From: Lama glama
Taxonomy: Eukaryota
Direction of reading: 5' to 3'
NCBI GenBank assembly: GCA_028534125.1
Contig: CM052817.1
Span: forward strand, 100,628,001-100,692,000
DNA: 64,000 bases
The notes under the pieces are model-generated. The model had not been told where the DNA came from and did no database searches. It worked only from the letters and a program-made list of their open reading frames with translations. Positions 51,153-64,000 of the stretch are shown piece by piece (the first letter of the stretch is position 1; each line of letters starts with the position of its first letter). A program made the position numbers and the translations under genes.

Positions 51153-51686
51153 TGAGAAAGGGAAAAACAGCTTCTGATATACAGGAACTTGCCTGGTACT
51201 AGCAGCCAGGCCTTGGTATTCTTCTGTTGAACATAAACTATTTCACAGAACATCAGCATTAGACATGGCCATTCTGACCAGGAAAACAAGACTGCTTAGT
51301 AATCACATCTAAACACTGTCCAAGCCACAAAAATACCAAACGTCCTCCTCTCGCAGAAAGTATGAGCGAATGCTGCTGCTTTAACAATTATAACTTTAAT
51401 CTCACTATATTCTGCCCTCCCCATAGATAAGACTTACTGAGACACCGAAGCATAAAATTGTTCCTGCTTTCTGATAGCACCCAATCCAGAGTGGACCTCT
51501 GCTACCTTGGACCAGTCCCTCAATCACCCAACCAAAGCCCAAACCCTTTAAGTCCTTTCCAACACCCTCTTACTGGGACATCACATGGTTTCCCACAGCG
51601 TGTTCTCCCTTGCTGCAGTAAGTAATAAATCCAGCTTGTCCAACCACAGGTGTGTTCCTGGTGCTCTTTGCTGGAGGGCATTGACA
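51153..51686 (+). mobile_element. ERV1-class solo LTR
   Basis: TG...CA termini, AATAAA near 51624, 4-bp TSD ACAC (51149-51152, 51687-51690). Confidence 0.85.
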
Positions 51687-51849
51687 ACACATTTATTTAT
51701 AAGGAACAGCAGGAAATGCTTATTTAAAAGCTACTTTCACAGCACAAGTTAACATACTAGTAGTGTCTAACATTTTAAATTTGATCTTCCACAACTGTTT
51801 TTTAAATTTGTGTTTTTAAATACCATAAGCATTAAAATTCAGAGCAATA

Positions 51850-52510
51850 AGCTGATTCAAGCAAGAATCATCAATAGTTGATAAAACCATTGGATGAAAA
51901 CTTGGCAGGAAATATATTCACATGGCCTCAAAGTACCAGCCTCAGGTTACTTATAAATAAGGGAGAAGTAGCTTTACAATAAAAAAATCTGGCCAACACC
52001 TTCTTGAGAAAATGACCAAACTCATCATGAACAATAATGAACCAAACCAGTATGTGTGGTACACTGAAAAGCATATACTATCACCTATGCTGTAGTAGTG
52101 CCAAAAATGTTTTAACCCTAATCCAATCATAAGGAAAGAGTCAGAAAATTCTGAGAATGTGAAATTTTCTACAAGGCAACTAGTTGGACTCTCTAAAAAG
52201 TCAGTGTCATAAAATACAAAATGAAGGCAAGAGAGTGCTTCAGATTAAGAGAAAAAAACCATGATAACCAAATACAATGAGTCATCTTGGATTAGATCCT
52301 GGATAGGGCAGGCAGCAGTCTGGGATGGCGATTATAAAAAATTTAAGGCAGTAATTAGGAAAATTCAAAAATGGGCAGTATTATTATATTTTATCAAATC
52401 AAGGCTAGTTTTCATGGGTGTAATAATGGTATAGTGGTTATACATTTTTAAAAATCATATTTTTACATCACACATGCTTAGTATTTGGCAGTTAAGTGCT
52501 AAAATGTAAA
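51850..52510 (+). mobile_element. Old L1 3'UTR fragment
   Basis: ttacaat...aaatctggccaacacc...gataaccaaatacaatg...tggattagatcctgga. Confidence 0.7.
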
Positions 52511-52514
52511 AAAC

Positions 52515-53185
52515 TTTTTTCTTCCACTTTTATTGGGATATAATTTACATCCAGCACTGTATAAATTTAAGGTGTACAGCATGATGATTTAACTTATGTA
52601 CACAATGAAACGTTTACCACAATAAGTTTAGTGAACTTCCATCATCTCCTTAATTATAAATTAAAGAAACAGAAAAAAAATTTTCTTCCTTCTGATGAGA
52701 ACTCCTAGGATTTACTTTCTTAACAATTTTCAGATATAATATACAGAAGTATCAAGTATATTTATCATGTTGTATATTACATCCCTAGTACTTACTTAAA
52801 ACTAAAAGTTTGTACCTTTTGACTACCTTCATCCAGTTACCCTCCCCACACACCCTACCTCTGGTAACCACAAATCTGATCTCTTTTTCCATGTTAGTTT
52901 GTTTGTTTGTTTGCTTTTGAAATATAACCGACCTACAACACTGTTCCTATTAACTTCCTATTAACATAGTAAATCAATATTTCCATACATTTCAAAATTA
53001 TCACCATGATAAGTCTAGTTGTCAACTGTCACCATACAAAGATATTACACAGTTACTGACTATATTCCCCACACTGTACCCTTCATACCTATGACTCATT
53101 TACTTGGCAATTGGGAGTTTGTACCTCTTAATCTCCCTCACCTAGTTCTTTCCTCCACCTACCTCCTCCCCTCTGGTAACCTGTT
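52515..53185 (-). mobile_element. L1MA-type 3' end
   Basis: tttattgggatataatttacat...tttaaggtgtacagcatgatga...cctctggtaaccacaaatctgatctc. Confidence 0.85.
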
Positions 53186-54804
53186 TGTTCAAAACTTACT
53201 TTCTAAATGTATATCAAAAGCAGATTATGTGTGTATATGGAAATGAAGATATGGATATGAATAGAAACAGAGATACACAGAGTGAAAACACTGTGGCAAA
53301 ATAGTAACAAAGTATTAACAACTGACTGAGTCTAAGTGAAGAGTATACAGGTATTCATTGTACTATTTTCTCAACTATAGATCTGAAAAGTTTTACACAA
53401 AAAGGAGAAAATAAACTTTTTTTAAATCAAAAAGCTTTTAATCTATAGAATCTATATATTATTTGCTTCCACAGAGTAGTTTGGAACCAGTATTACAATT
53501 TATCAAAATTTTCCATTCCTATATTGAAACAATATAGAAAACACTGTATACAAAATAAAACACCATTTAAAAAAATGTTTAACTGGCAACAAATTTGGAA
53601 AATGTTTTTCAAACAGATGCAACATCCAAAGGATTAAAATAATAACCAGATTATATTTTTGAAAAAATAATTTTAATAGAAAAAATGGGAATATATAGAT
53701 AATTCACAGTAGAAACAACTATCAAAAGCTTACACAAAGATGTTTAGCCTCACTGATAATTAAGAAAATGCAAATCAAAACAATGAGAAAATATTTTTGA
53801 GTTAAGATTATCAAAAACAACATCAAGTATTACTGGAGAGGTAGACACACTCGTCCACTGATGAGATAACACTTGAAGGATAATTTCACAGTATCTATTA
53901 TATTTGTTTACTGCTTATTATACAGCAATTATACTCTGTTAGCTACCCTAATGTTCAAGGAGACATAAGAAGGTTGCTTGTTACAGGCTTGCCTATGATA
54001 TCAAGAATCTCAAAATTATGTTAATCTAGAGACTGGTTAAACATTAAACTATAGTATAACCTTAACATGGAATACTAAGTAAAAGTTAGATTAGATCAGA
54101 TCATAGGTCCTAATATCTAAGTATTAATGTAGCAATGACACCAAATTTTCTAATCAAAATTCATTCTTACCTTTCACAATAACAGCAGTGTAACAGGGCA
54201 CATGGCTCCCTTACAATTACACCTCAGTTCTCATCAAAGGAAAATGATTTTTAGAAACAACGACTACCCTCCTGCATTAGGTATTTTAAGAGAGCAAGTA
54301 TGCAGGTTATTTCTCCTTCCCAATATAGTTGGAACATGATAACTAAGCTCAACAGGATAATAGACCTAAAAGATGAAAGGAGACTGTGTCCTTAAATGAG
54401 CACTTGAAAAAAGTTTCACTGCCAGTCTGAAAATGTGAAAAATTCGCCAATGGTAACCCTATTATAACTAGAATCAAAATCTAAATTGCTTAAATTTTTA
54501 TCCAGGCCATATTTAATTGCTTTAAGTATATAATTGCTCTCCTTTTCAACCTCATCTCCAGCCCCTGGGCTCCAACCTCGTTGCCTCCTTTTAATAAGCA
54601 TAGCAGACTTATTTCCAACAAGGCATTTAAACCCACAGTACTTCTACTTGAATTGCTCTTTCCGACAAACCCTCAGAAGTTCTCTCCATGACTTTAATCA
54701 TATCTTTGTTCAAGTGCCACCTCTTCAGAAAGACAGTCTCTCTAAACCATCCTCCACCAATCAAGTCAGACACCACTTGCATCTGTGCTCCGTCCCCTTA
54801 ACGG

Positions 54805-56330
54805 GGGCACATTTAAGTTTTGAGGGGCCTGAAGTTTCTAAAAACTGAAGGATTTAAAAGAAAGAATACAAAATTACAAATACAAAATTAGAAATGAAAG
54901 TTGATACATATTTGAATTAAAGAAAAGATAAAATACTAATTTTAAAAGATTGACAAATGCCATATATAAATCCATTTTATGGATAACATTTATCAAATAA
55001 AATTTGTGTTAATTAAATATCTGACACAATTCTGTTATTCCATAGCTCCTATATATTTTTGTTGGGTGCATTCTTTGTTCAACTTTCAAGTGACAAGCTT
55101 TTATAATGTTTCTTATACAGAAATTAGGTGGATAATTTAGTCTTTCCTCTAGCATAGCTGATTAAAATTTATTTCTTATTATTCAAAGTTTAGAAACTTT
55201 TCATTTCACAATCTGTTATGGTAATGTCATGTAAATTTTTGAGAGTGTTGACAAATATGAGGATTCTCTGTCAAGCCTTTTTCATGTATAAACTTAAGAT
55301 TTCAATTCAAGTTTTTCTCGCACAATAACTAATCTTATACACCCTAAATTTATGACATTCGTTAACCAATCATCAATGTCATTCTTTGTGTGTTGTAAGT
55401 TTTATGCTGTGTTCACTGATAAGAGAATTTGGTTTCAAATAAGTAAGTCATTTAAATATTTTTCCACTATTTTCATGATTCAATCTTTTTCATAAATGGG
55501 ATTATCAAAAAACCAAGAGCTTATTCATTACTTCTGTTTATAATTTATTTTTTCTTCCTAAATGAATTACTGCTTTTGTATGATCAGAACATTTTTATGT
55601 CACAATTCACTTTGCAATGTCAGAATAATTTCTAATTACTCAAAGCACATCTGTAAATCATTTTTGTTTCATACGCCATTAATTTTAATCTGATTTTTTC
55701 TTAATTTTTAAATGTAACTATGACAAAAGAAAACACCTTTAACATACTTCCAAATCCTAAGTCTATCATTTCATATTTCTTTCACTAAAGTGTACTGATA
55801 AGCAGATGAAATCACCTATTTTAATTTTTTATAAAATATACTATTTCCACTAAAATAGAAAAAAAACATTTGGTGCATGTACGATTATATACATTGTATT
55901 ATCAATTTTTTTATATAGGAGTACCAATATTTTGAATGAGTAGGATGAAAACCCAATCTTACAGTATTAGATACGTATCTGAAAATGTTTCCACAGACTT
56001 GATTCTGATTCTGTACATTTCAAAGTAGTTTATCCTTTGCTACCAATAGCAGTGCACTCACACTTCTAGAAATGGCCATCAGAGGATACATTCATACTGT
56101 ACATGGCCTCTAGCCTTATACATTCCTGTCATGATGTCTAGAGCCACTGGACATTACTGGAACACATTCCTACAATGGGACAGCTAGCAATAATTTAACT
56201 ATACATGGTCATGAATGATCTTCATATAAGTATATACCACTACATCCAAATTAAATGAAATATATCCCCAACTCAGATTATTTTAGCCAAAACCAAACAA
56301 ATTACCTGCTAATTATACCTACAAAAACCT
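54805..56330. mobile_element. Ancient hAT-Tip100 (Zaphod-like) DNA transposon remnant
   Basis: aagttttgaggggcctgaag...aagaatacaaaattacaaatacaaaattag recalled as a Zaphod-type end; long degenerate AT-rich interior. Confidence 0.55.
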
Positions 56331-57039
56331 TCAAATTTATGTTAAAACATCTTTTCAGATATCTGCAGGGCAATAATTACATAACTGAGTACGAGAAAGA
56401 AGTGGTAAAATTAAAAGAATTACCCACTATTAACAGAGTTTTGTCCTAGGAATTCAAATCTTATGTAACATTAGGGGAAGAAAGAAAAATTACAAATTTC
56501 AAGAAGCTTAACAGAACATAAGGAACGGATCCGTAAGAAAGTACAGAGAATATAATCAAAGTGTTACTAAATCCACGGTGAGAAAGATAAGTGAGAGAAG
56601 CAGGATTAGAACCTGCCTGACTTTAAAATTAAAGTTCCAGTCACACTAGTAGGCTCAAAACCTGATTGGTGACTTAGGAAAGAAATTTGTTCTTGTTATA
56701 TACAAGGTTGTGCTGGGGTAGCAGTAAATGTATGGGGGGGGGGGATGACATCCACCAGATCTTAAATCAAACAAAATCAAGTTTTCCCTGGCAAGAATAT
56801 AAAACAGGACTACCCACACACAAACAAACAGCTATTATAAGAACTCCAAAGTACAGAACTACAGTGAATTACAATCCTCTTTAGTACCCAAAAAATATTA
56901 AAATAAAGAAGAAAAAAGTTCAAAACCTACATGACATATGGATGAACAGAAGACAATCTATACATATATATATATATATACATTTTTAATCACTATATAC
57001 ACAAATGGAACTCTCTTCATCAGCATAACTAACTCAAAG

Positions 57040-58760
57040 AAACCAAATGAATAAAACTACTATTTGAAAAAAGAGAAGAAACCCAGTCTAATAATCAGAT
57101 TACATAAGAGAAAAATGGATTAACCATGTAAGCATCAGTTACTAAAATAACTGACCTACCCATAAAAAATAAACCCAGGAAGAATAAAAAAATCCTAAGT
57201 CCAAAACCTTCCTTCAAAAAAACCTCTTGACCCAGATGATTTCACTGGTGAATTCTATCACATAGTTAAGGAAAACATATGCCAGACCTATACAAATTAT
57301 GTGTCTGGTATACAAACATTATGTCGGTATTACACAAAATAGAGGAAAAGAAGACTGTTTCTAGTTTTGACAAAATTTTTTAGCGAATCAAATCCAGTGA
57401 TATATAAAAATAATAATACATCCTAACAAAGTTTATCTAGGAATGCAGGGTTGAGTTAACATGAAAAATAATTAATGTAATTCAACCACATTAATAGTTT
57501 TAACAGAAAACCTACGCGATCATAGCAACAGATGCAAAAGTCAGTGACAAAATCAAATACCATTAATGATTAAAAATAGACAAACAAAATCATTCAGCGA
57601 AGAACTTTTTTCAACCAGATAAAGAGTATCTGTGAATGTCCTATGGCTAAAAACATATTTAATAATGAAATACCAAATATATTCTCCTTACGTTTGGGAA
57701 TATGGCAAGAATGTCTGCTCTTATTACTTATATTCAATATTATACTATAGAAATCCAACATAAAAAGGTAAAAGAAAGCAAACAGATCAAAACGGAAGTA
57801 TAACTGTCTCTGTTCACATGACTGTTTATAAGAAAATCGTAAGAAATCTGCCCCCAAAAGTTACTACAGACAGGAAATAAAAAATACTGATGTTCAATCT
57901 CCAGTGCCTCTGTTAAGGGGTTAAAAAAGGGTGGGGGGTGGTAGGGGAAACAAACAAGTATTGATGAAGATGGGGAGAAACTATAACCTTGGCCCTTGTA
58001 AATTGCTGTAATGTAAAATGGTGAAGCCACTATGAAAAACAGTTTGGCAGCTTCTCAAAAAGCTAAACAGAATTACCATGTCACCAAGCAATTACACTCC
58101 TAGGTATACACCCGAGAACTGAAAAGAAGACTCAGACATTTGTACGCCCATATTCCCTGCAGCATTATTCACAATAACCAAAAGGTGGAAACAACCCAAG
58201 TGTCCACCAACAGACAAACAGATAAACAAACTGTGGAATATTGCCACGGAATATTATTCAGCCATAAAAAGGAATGAAATCCTGATGCATGCTCCAACTT
58301 AGATGTACTTTGAAAACATTATACCCAGTGAAATAAGCCAGACACAAAAGGGCAAGTACTACATGATTCCACTTATATAAAATATCTAGAAAAGGCAAAT
58401 TCATACAGACAGAAAGTAGATCAGATATTACAAGAGCCAGGGAGAGAGGGAAATGAGAAATTATTGCTTAATGAGTACAGGGTTCAGTTTTTTAATTACC
58501 TTAAAAAAAAAAACTCTCACACATTACTCAGAGAAATTTAAAAAACAACCTAAAGATATACCATGTTCATAAATTAGAAGACTAAATATTGTTTAGTATG
58601 TCAATTTATCTTATTATGACATGTTATATTAAGCACAGTGTAATATGTTAATTCTTAAAATCTTGATGAAATACTTCACTGAAGAAGATATCCAAGTGGT
58701 CAAAAACGCATGAAAAGATGCTCAACATTGACATCAGAGAAATACAAATTATGCCCGGGA
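57040..58760 (+). mobile_element. Nested L1 fragments (ORF2 RT pieces plus L1MB-type 3' end at about 57955-58490)
   Basis: gacccagatgatttcactggtgaattctatca; aggaatgcagggttg; aaaggtggaaacaacccaagtgtcca. Confidence 0.85.
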
Positions 58761-58867
58761 TATCGCCAACTTTGTGCTGTTGTTTTCATATATACATTAT
58801 AAACCTAACAACACAGTATTTTAATTTTTGCTTTAATCATCAGTAATTCTTTAATTAATAAAAATAT

Positions 58868-58985
58868 ACAGTGGGCACTTGAACAACATGGATTTGAACA
58901 GCATGGATTCACTTACGGATTTTTCTCTCTAAATATGTACTACACAATCCACGGTTGGTTGAATCCTCACATGAGGAACCTGAGC
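58868..58985 (+). mobile_element. Tigger2-like MITE fragment
   Basis: tacagt...cttgaacaacatggatttgaac...gtactacacaatccacggttggttgaatcc. Confidence 0.7.
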
Positions 58986-59799
58986 CTCTTCAATGGTCCA
59001 CTTGCTTCTAGGTTTTCCCTCAATAAATGTACAGCTGCGTGGCTCGCCTAACTTTTGTCCGGTGCCACTGGTACTACAGGAGGCAGGAATGCACCCAAAG
59101 GCAAGAGAGCCACAAACATACAATTCTTACACATTGTAGTTGCAAGCTTTAAAGGATAACTTCTCATCTGGCTTCTGCCTCCTTATGGTCATTTTCTGCT
59201 GCTTTTAAATAGAGTTTTCCTTTCAATATTTTATCCAGGTTTTATTACTGTTAGCTGAGGGATGGTTTACTCAACTGCTTTAGTGGCATCACTGCATCAT
59301 TACTGGATGTCAAAATTCTATGAATGGTCAGTGACAAACTTCTCACATCCTTGATTTTCATTCCTTCCACCAAATTAAGGACTTCGTCTCATTATGCAAG
59401 ATTTTAAAGTACTCCCACCTTTCAGTTTTCTCTCCCTTAACTCACATAGTACACTGAGAATAACTTCTTATCCATCATAGTGCTTTTATCATTAGAAAGA
59501 ATGTTTTCTGTGAAAACCAGAAAACATGTGGTAAGAAACCTAATTTTAATTTTCAACTCCACCACTACCTGTGAAGCCATAAACAAATCACAATCTCTGT
59601 GATCCTTATTTTTACCATCTGCAAATGGGAATATCACCTGCCTCACTACTTAAGTGTAGGATCAAAATATGGTAATTGATATTAACAAGTGTAGACAAGA
59701 GTTGGTCAAAGATGCTATAGGGCTGTGATATGAGAATAGATGAAGGGTTAAAATCATTACCTGAAAAAGAACAAAAGAAACAGACTGGGAGATGCAGGT

Positions 59800-61300
59800 G
59801 AGTTCATTCACTGATTCAGCAAGTATTTACTGAGTTCCATGCATCTATCAAGCATTGTACAAGACAAATTTTTCAGCTTGAGAGATAATTTTGGTGTGCT
59901 TAAGACATAATGACTGAGGTAAAATAGGTAATGAAGCAAAATGTGGCATTTGTGAATCATCACAAATTTGTGGTAATTTACATAATGAAAGCAGAGACCA
60001 CCTCCTAGAAATGATACATAATGAGGAGGAGCAAAGCTTCAACCCCATTAATACATAAGGGGTATATAAAGGAAAAAAAGCAAGAACAAAGAGAACATTT
60101 AGTTGGAGAAGTAGTAGACAAACCATTGAAGTAGACTACCACAGAAAACATGGGAGAAGTGAATGTTAAAGAGAAGCAAAACACCAAATGCTGAAAAAGG
60201 TAGGACAGGAGGAGAAAAGAAAAGACACAGATTAGCAACTGGAACTCAGTCTTATCTTAGAGATGATACAGAGCATTCATTCTATCATCAGCCTAACCAA
60301 TGCCTTATCTACCTGGGTAGGTGAGAAAAAGTGGTTTACTTTCATTTGAGGAAGCAGAACACCAGTATTAACTGCAGAAGGTAGCTGAGTAAGAGTTGAG
60401 AAACTGGACACCTAGAGTCGACTATAAAGCAAACAAGCTCGCTGTTTAATAGGAGGACAGGGAAAGAGCAGAAGGTATTTTTCCAGATGAAGTGTGATAA
60501 GACAGAGAACCCAGCATGGAGCATAAAAGGGAGAATAAGTGAAAACAACAAGGTTCCAGAGAAGGAAAGGGGGACTGAGATTAAGGATACAGATGTTAGC
60601 TTTCAAAAGAAATAAAAATACTATATTCTTTGAGTAAAGTTAGACTGAAGAAAGAAAGTTTAAATATGAAATGAAAAAAGAATAAGAGAAATAGGGACAG
60701 GACTGGTCATGGAGGAGAGTGGAAAGGTTCCAAATAATTAGCAATGTGGAATGAAATAGAAGATCAAAACGAGATAAAGACCAAGAAACACTGAAGCTAA
60801 ACTAGGAGGGAAAATGTGAATTCATACTAGGAACCTCTTGAGACAGAAAATTGATATAACTCTAGCAACACTAGGCAGTCCACAAGCAGGGAATAAAACA
60901 GAAGAAATACACAGTTGTAGTTCTTTAGATGAATAGACTGGGAAATCTCTGAAGAAAGATCAGGAGAATGGAAATCTTGGATAATAAGAATAAAATGGAG
61001 ATGGCTACCAGAATGAATGTGAGTTAATCTGGATTAAGTTTTTCACTTAAAAAGGGAAGGAAAAGCCTTTAGGAAAACTTCTCTGCATGAGGTGGTTACT
61101 GCAGTAACTGTACTGGGAGAAACAAGAATCAATACTACTGTGCAATAGCTTTCAGACACTTGTGCAAAAAATAGGGTGACATTCCGAATAATTCAAGTCC
61201 AGCTGAGCTTTCCCAAGTAAGATTAGAAAGTAATGTGAAAGACTCTTCAATGAAGAACAGTTTCACTGTTCTATCCCTACCACCCCGACCAATATCTCCA
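59800..61300 (-). mobile_element. Degenerate L2 fragments
   Basis: ttcattcactgattcagcaagtatttactgag at the start, then a long purine-rich L2-like stretch. Confidence 0.5.
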
Positions 61301-62729
61301 AGGTGCAAGACAGATCAGCGGAGTGGCAAACTCTAGTCCACGTGCTGAGAAGCTGCCACCTAGAGAATAAGCCGACCGCTACTGTCTTTAAGGACAAACT
61401 GCTTTAACTAAAGGGTAATCCTTCTTTACCCTTGTAAGAAAAAGAGGTCTCTCCTAATCTTAAACTCCCATTTCAAATACAAATACTCAAAGAGAACTAA
61501 TATATATTCAATGATTGTGTTAGGAGGCACACAGAACAAGAGAAGGGAAAGGAGACAGAAGAGTGCACAAAAGCCATTTTGCCTTAATTCAGCCATAAAC
61601 AGGTCATCAAAATCCTCTTAATTACCACATTTGACATACAACCATAGGAGGAGGTAACTCAGCTAAATCTTTTCCTTAATTTTTTTTATCACAATTGAAA
61701 ATTTAACACCACCATGAATGAGATGTCAGTTTTTATCTTCTTTTCCATTGCAAAATGTCCACGGATAATATAAGACAAACTATAAAAACGTCAATGTGAA
61801 GAACAATTTCACTCATCCAATGGGCACTTAAGTGACTGTTAACCAATGGACACTGGATTTAAAATCAGTGAGAAAAATATCAATGATCTTGACTCTATAA
61901 AATTTCATTAAAATAGATTTTTGGTTACTTGAAATTTATACAGAATACTGTTAGATAACATGAAAGATACAAAAGTAAACTTCTCCAATAAAAATGTATT
62001 TATTACACTGTATTACAACCCCTTACCCCTTACACAGAAAGCCGATGCTACTAAAAGTAGTAACATCCCATTGCTACATGCCATTTCTCTAAAAAACTAA
62101 ATTAGGCATTATAGGCCAATACATTCTGTAACATGCCTTCAATTGATAAAAAGCCACATAATGTAAAAAATAAGAAACTAAAATGGTCCCATAAAAACTA
62201 AAAAGACACTTACCTAATAAAGTAAAAGAAAAATAGACATATTTCATATGCAGGTTTACAAAAACATCAACAGGTCACTGCCTACAAATAACCTGTACAA
62301 GATTAAAATCAGTAAGATTAATCAAATCTATTTTCTCTTCATAAGAAAAATAAAAAAGAACTCTGATAATATTCTTGGCCTAAAATGCAATGGCTTATTA
62401 AGGTATGAAATCAAATATGCAATGAATGCCATGATAACTAAAGTATTAAGTTCTTCTCCAGTCCAAAAAATTAAGCATGAATTTGTAAGACTAATGTCAA
62501 TAAACATATCACACACAGCTGATGTTTTCATGGCAACACATGGGATGAAAACATAATGTTTTGCTTAAAACAATTAGCTGAGGAACTGAAGCACAAATAC
62601 AAGGATAATTGCTTCCTTTGGGGTTTGGCTGTCAAACACAGGAAATGTCAATGCTTTACAGTCCTGTGATCATTAAAACCTTGTCACAAACCTAGACTAT
62701 CAATGAATATGTATTTTAAAATAAATCTG

Positions 62730-63765
62730 CAATGACACCAAAAGTACAAGCAACAAAAAAGAGATAAATTAGACTTCATCAAAATTTAAAACTTTTGTGC
62801 CTCAAAGGACACCAGAAAGTGAAAAGACAATGCACAGAATGGGAGAAAGTATTTGCAAATCGTATTATCTCATAAAGGGCTAGTTTCCAGAACACATAAA
62901 GAATGCTTACAATTTAACAATAAAAAGACAACCTAATTTAAAAATGGGCAAAAGATCCGAACAGACATTTCTCCAAAAAACATATGTAAATGGTAAATAA
63001 GCATATGAAATAATGCTCATCATTAGTCATTATGGAAATGAAAACCAAAGCCACAATGAAATACCACTTCACATCTATCAGGATGGCTAAAATACAAAAA
63101 AAACCACCAATAATAACAATCAATGTCTGTGAGAGAGGGGAGAATTGGAACCCTCATATACTATGGTGAGATTATAACATAGTGCACACATTTTGATAGT
63201 TTCTTGAGCTAAACACAGTTACTATACTAACCGCCCCTTATAAATTTACCCCCTATAAATATACACTCAAAGGAAATGAACATATAAGTACACATAAAAC
63301 CATCTGCAAGAATGTTCATTGCAGAAACATTCCTAATAGCCAAAACATAGATACAATCCATCAACTGATGAATGAATAAACAAAATGTGGTATACAATGG
63401 AAGATTTTTTGGCCATAATATTGAATGATACATCATGCTACTATGTGAGTAAATCTCGAAAATATTATGCTAAGTGAAGGAAGCCGGATGCAAAAAAAAA
63501 ACCAAATATTGTATGATTACATTTGTAAGAAATGTCCAGAAGAGGCAATTCTTAGGAAAAGTATATTAGTGGTTACCTAGGATGCTGGTGGGGTTGAGGG
63601 TGGGGAGAAGTGTTGGGGGAAGGAGTGCCTGAAACCAGATAGTAGTGATGACTGTACAACTCTGAATATAATAAAAACCACTTAAATGTACACTTAGGGA
63701 TGAATCTTCTGGTATGTGAGCTATATATCTCAAAGGAGTCATTAAAAATGAGTATATTTGCAAAA
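62730..63765 (+). mobile_element. L1MB-type 3' region
   Basis: atgacaccaaaag...gacttcatcaaaatttaaaacttttgtgc...gaatgggagaaagtatttgcaaatc...tatatctcaa. Confidence 0.9.
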
Positions 63766-64000
63766 AAAAATATATGTCACAAACATATGTAATGCAAAGA
63801 TGACTGCTTCCCTCATACTAACTCAAGTATCTGTATCAATGAGGGAAAAATATGGCAGTAAGTTACTCTTTCTACTTAATGTATCTCCAGGAATCAGTCA
63901 CTGCATTTTAAAGTAGTAAAAACTTGTTTAAGAGATTACTGTAACATCATTTGCTCCTAAAAACGTTACATTTTATTATAAGTATATAGTAAACAGTGTA

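Noticed and set aside
1..64000. CRISPR arrays, prokaryotic operons, CpG-island promoter, FBXW7 beta/gamma first exons
   Set aside because: None seen. The sequence is mammalian intron, and the other FBXW7 exons are expected outside this window.

Overview
AT-rich, CpG-poor, repeat-rich mammalian genomic DNA, almost all intronic sequence of FBXW7 (minus strand). A tRNA-derived SINE and short young L1 3' ends look camelid-like; this is from recall and tentative. The window holds the alpha-isoform first coding exon (exon 11036-10467, 570 nt; CDS 10967-10467, 167 codons) and a 50-nt upstream exon (11759-11710) that lies antisense within an old L1 fragment. Back-splicing these two exons gives a 620-nt circle whose ORF is exactly 185 aa, matching the reported human circFBXW7/FBXW7-185aa. 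Its circle-specific tail (DYFLRIDCQKWSYWVRGM) is encoded almost entirely by the exonised L1. The rest is L1, L2, CR1, MIR, hAT, Tigger and LTR relics, microsatellites and several repeat-free blocks with candidate cryptic exons. No CpG-island promoter, RNA gene or other intact protein-coding gene is visible. Repeat subfamily names and boundaries are by eye and approximate.
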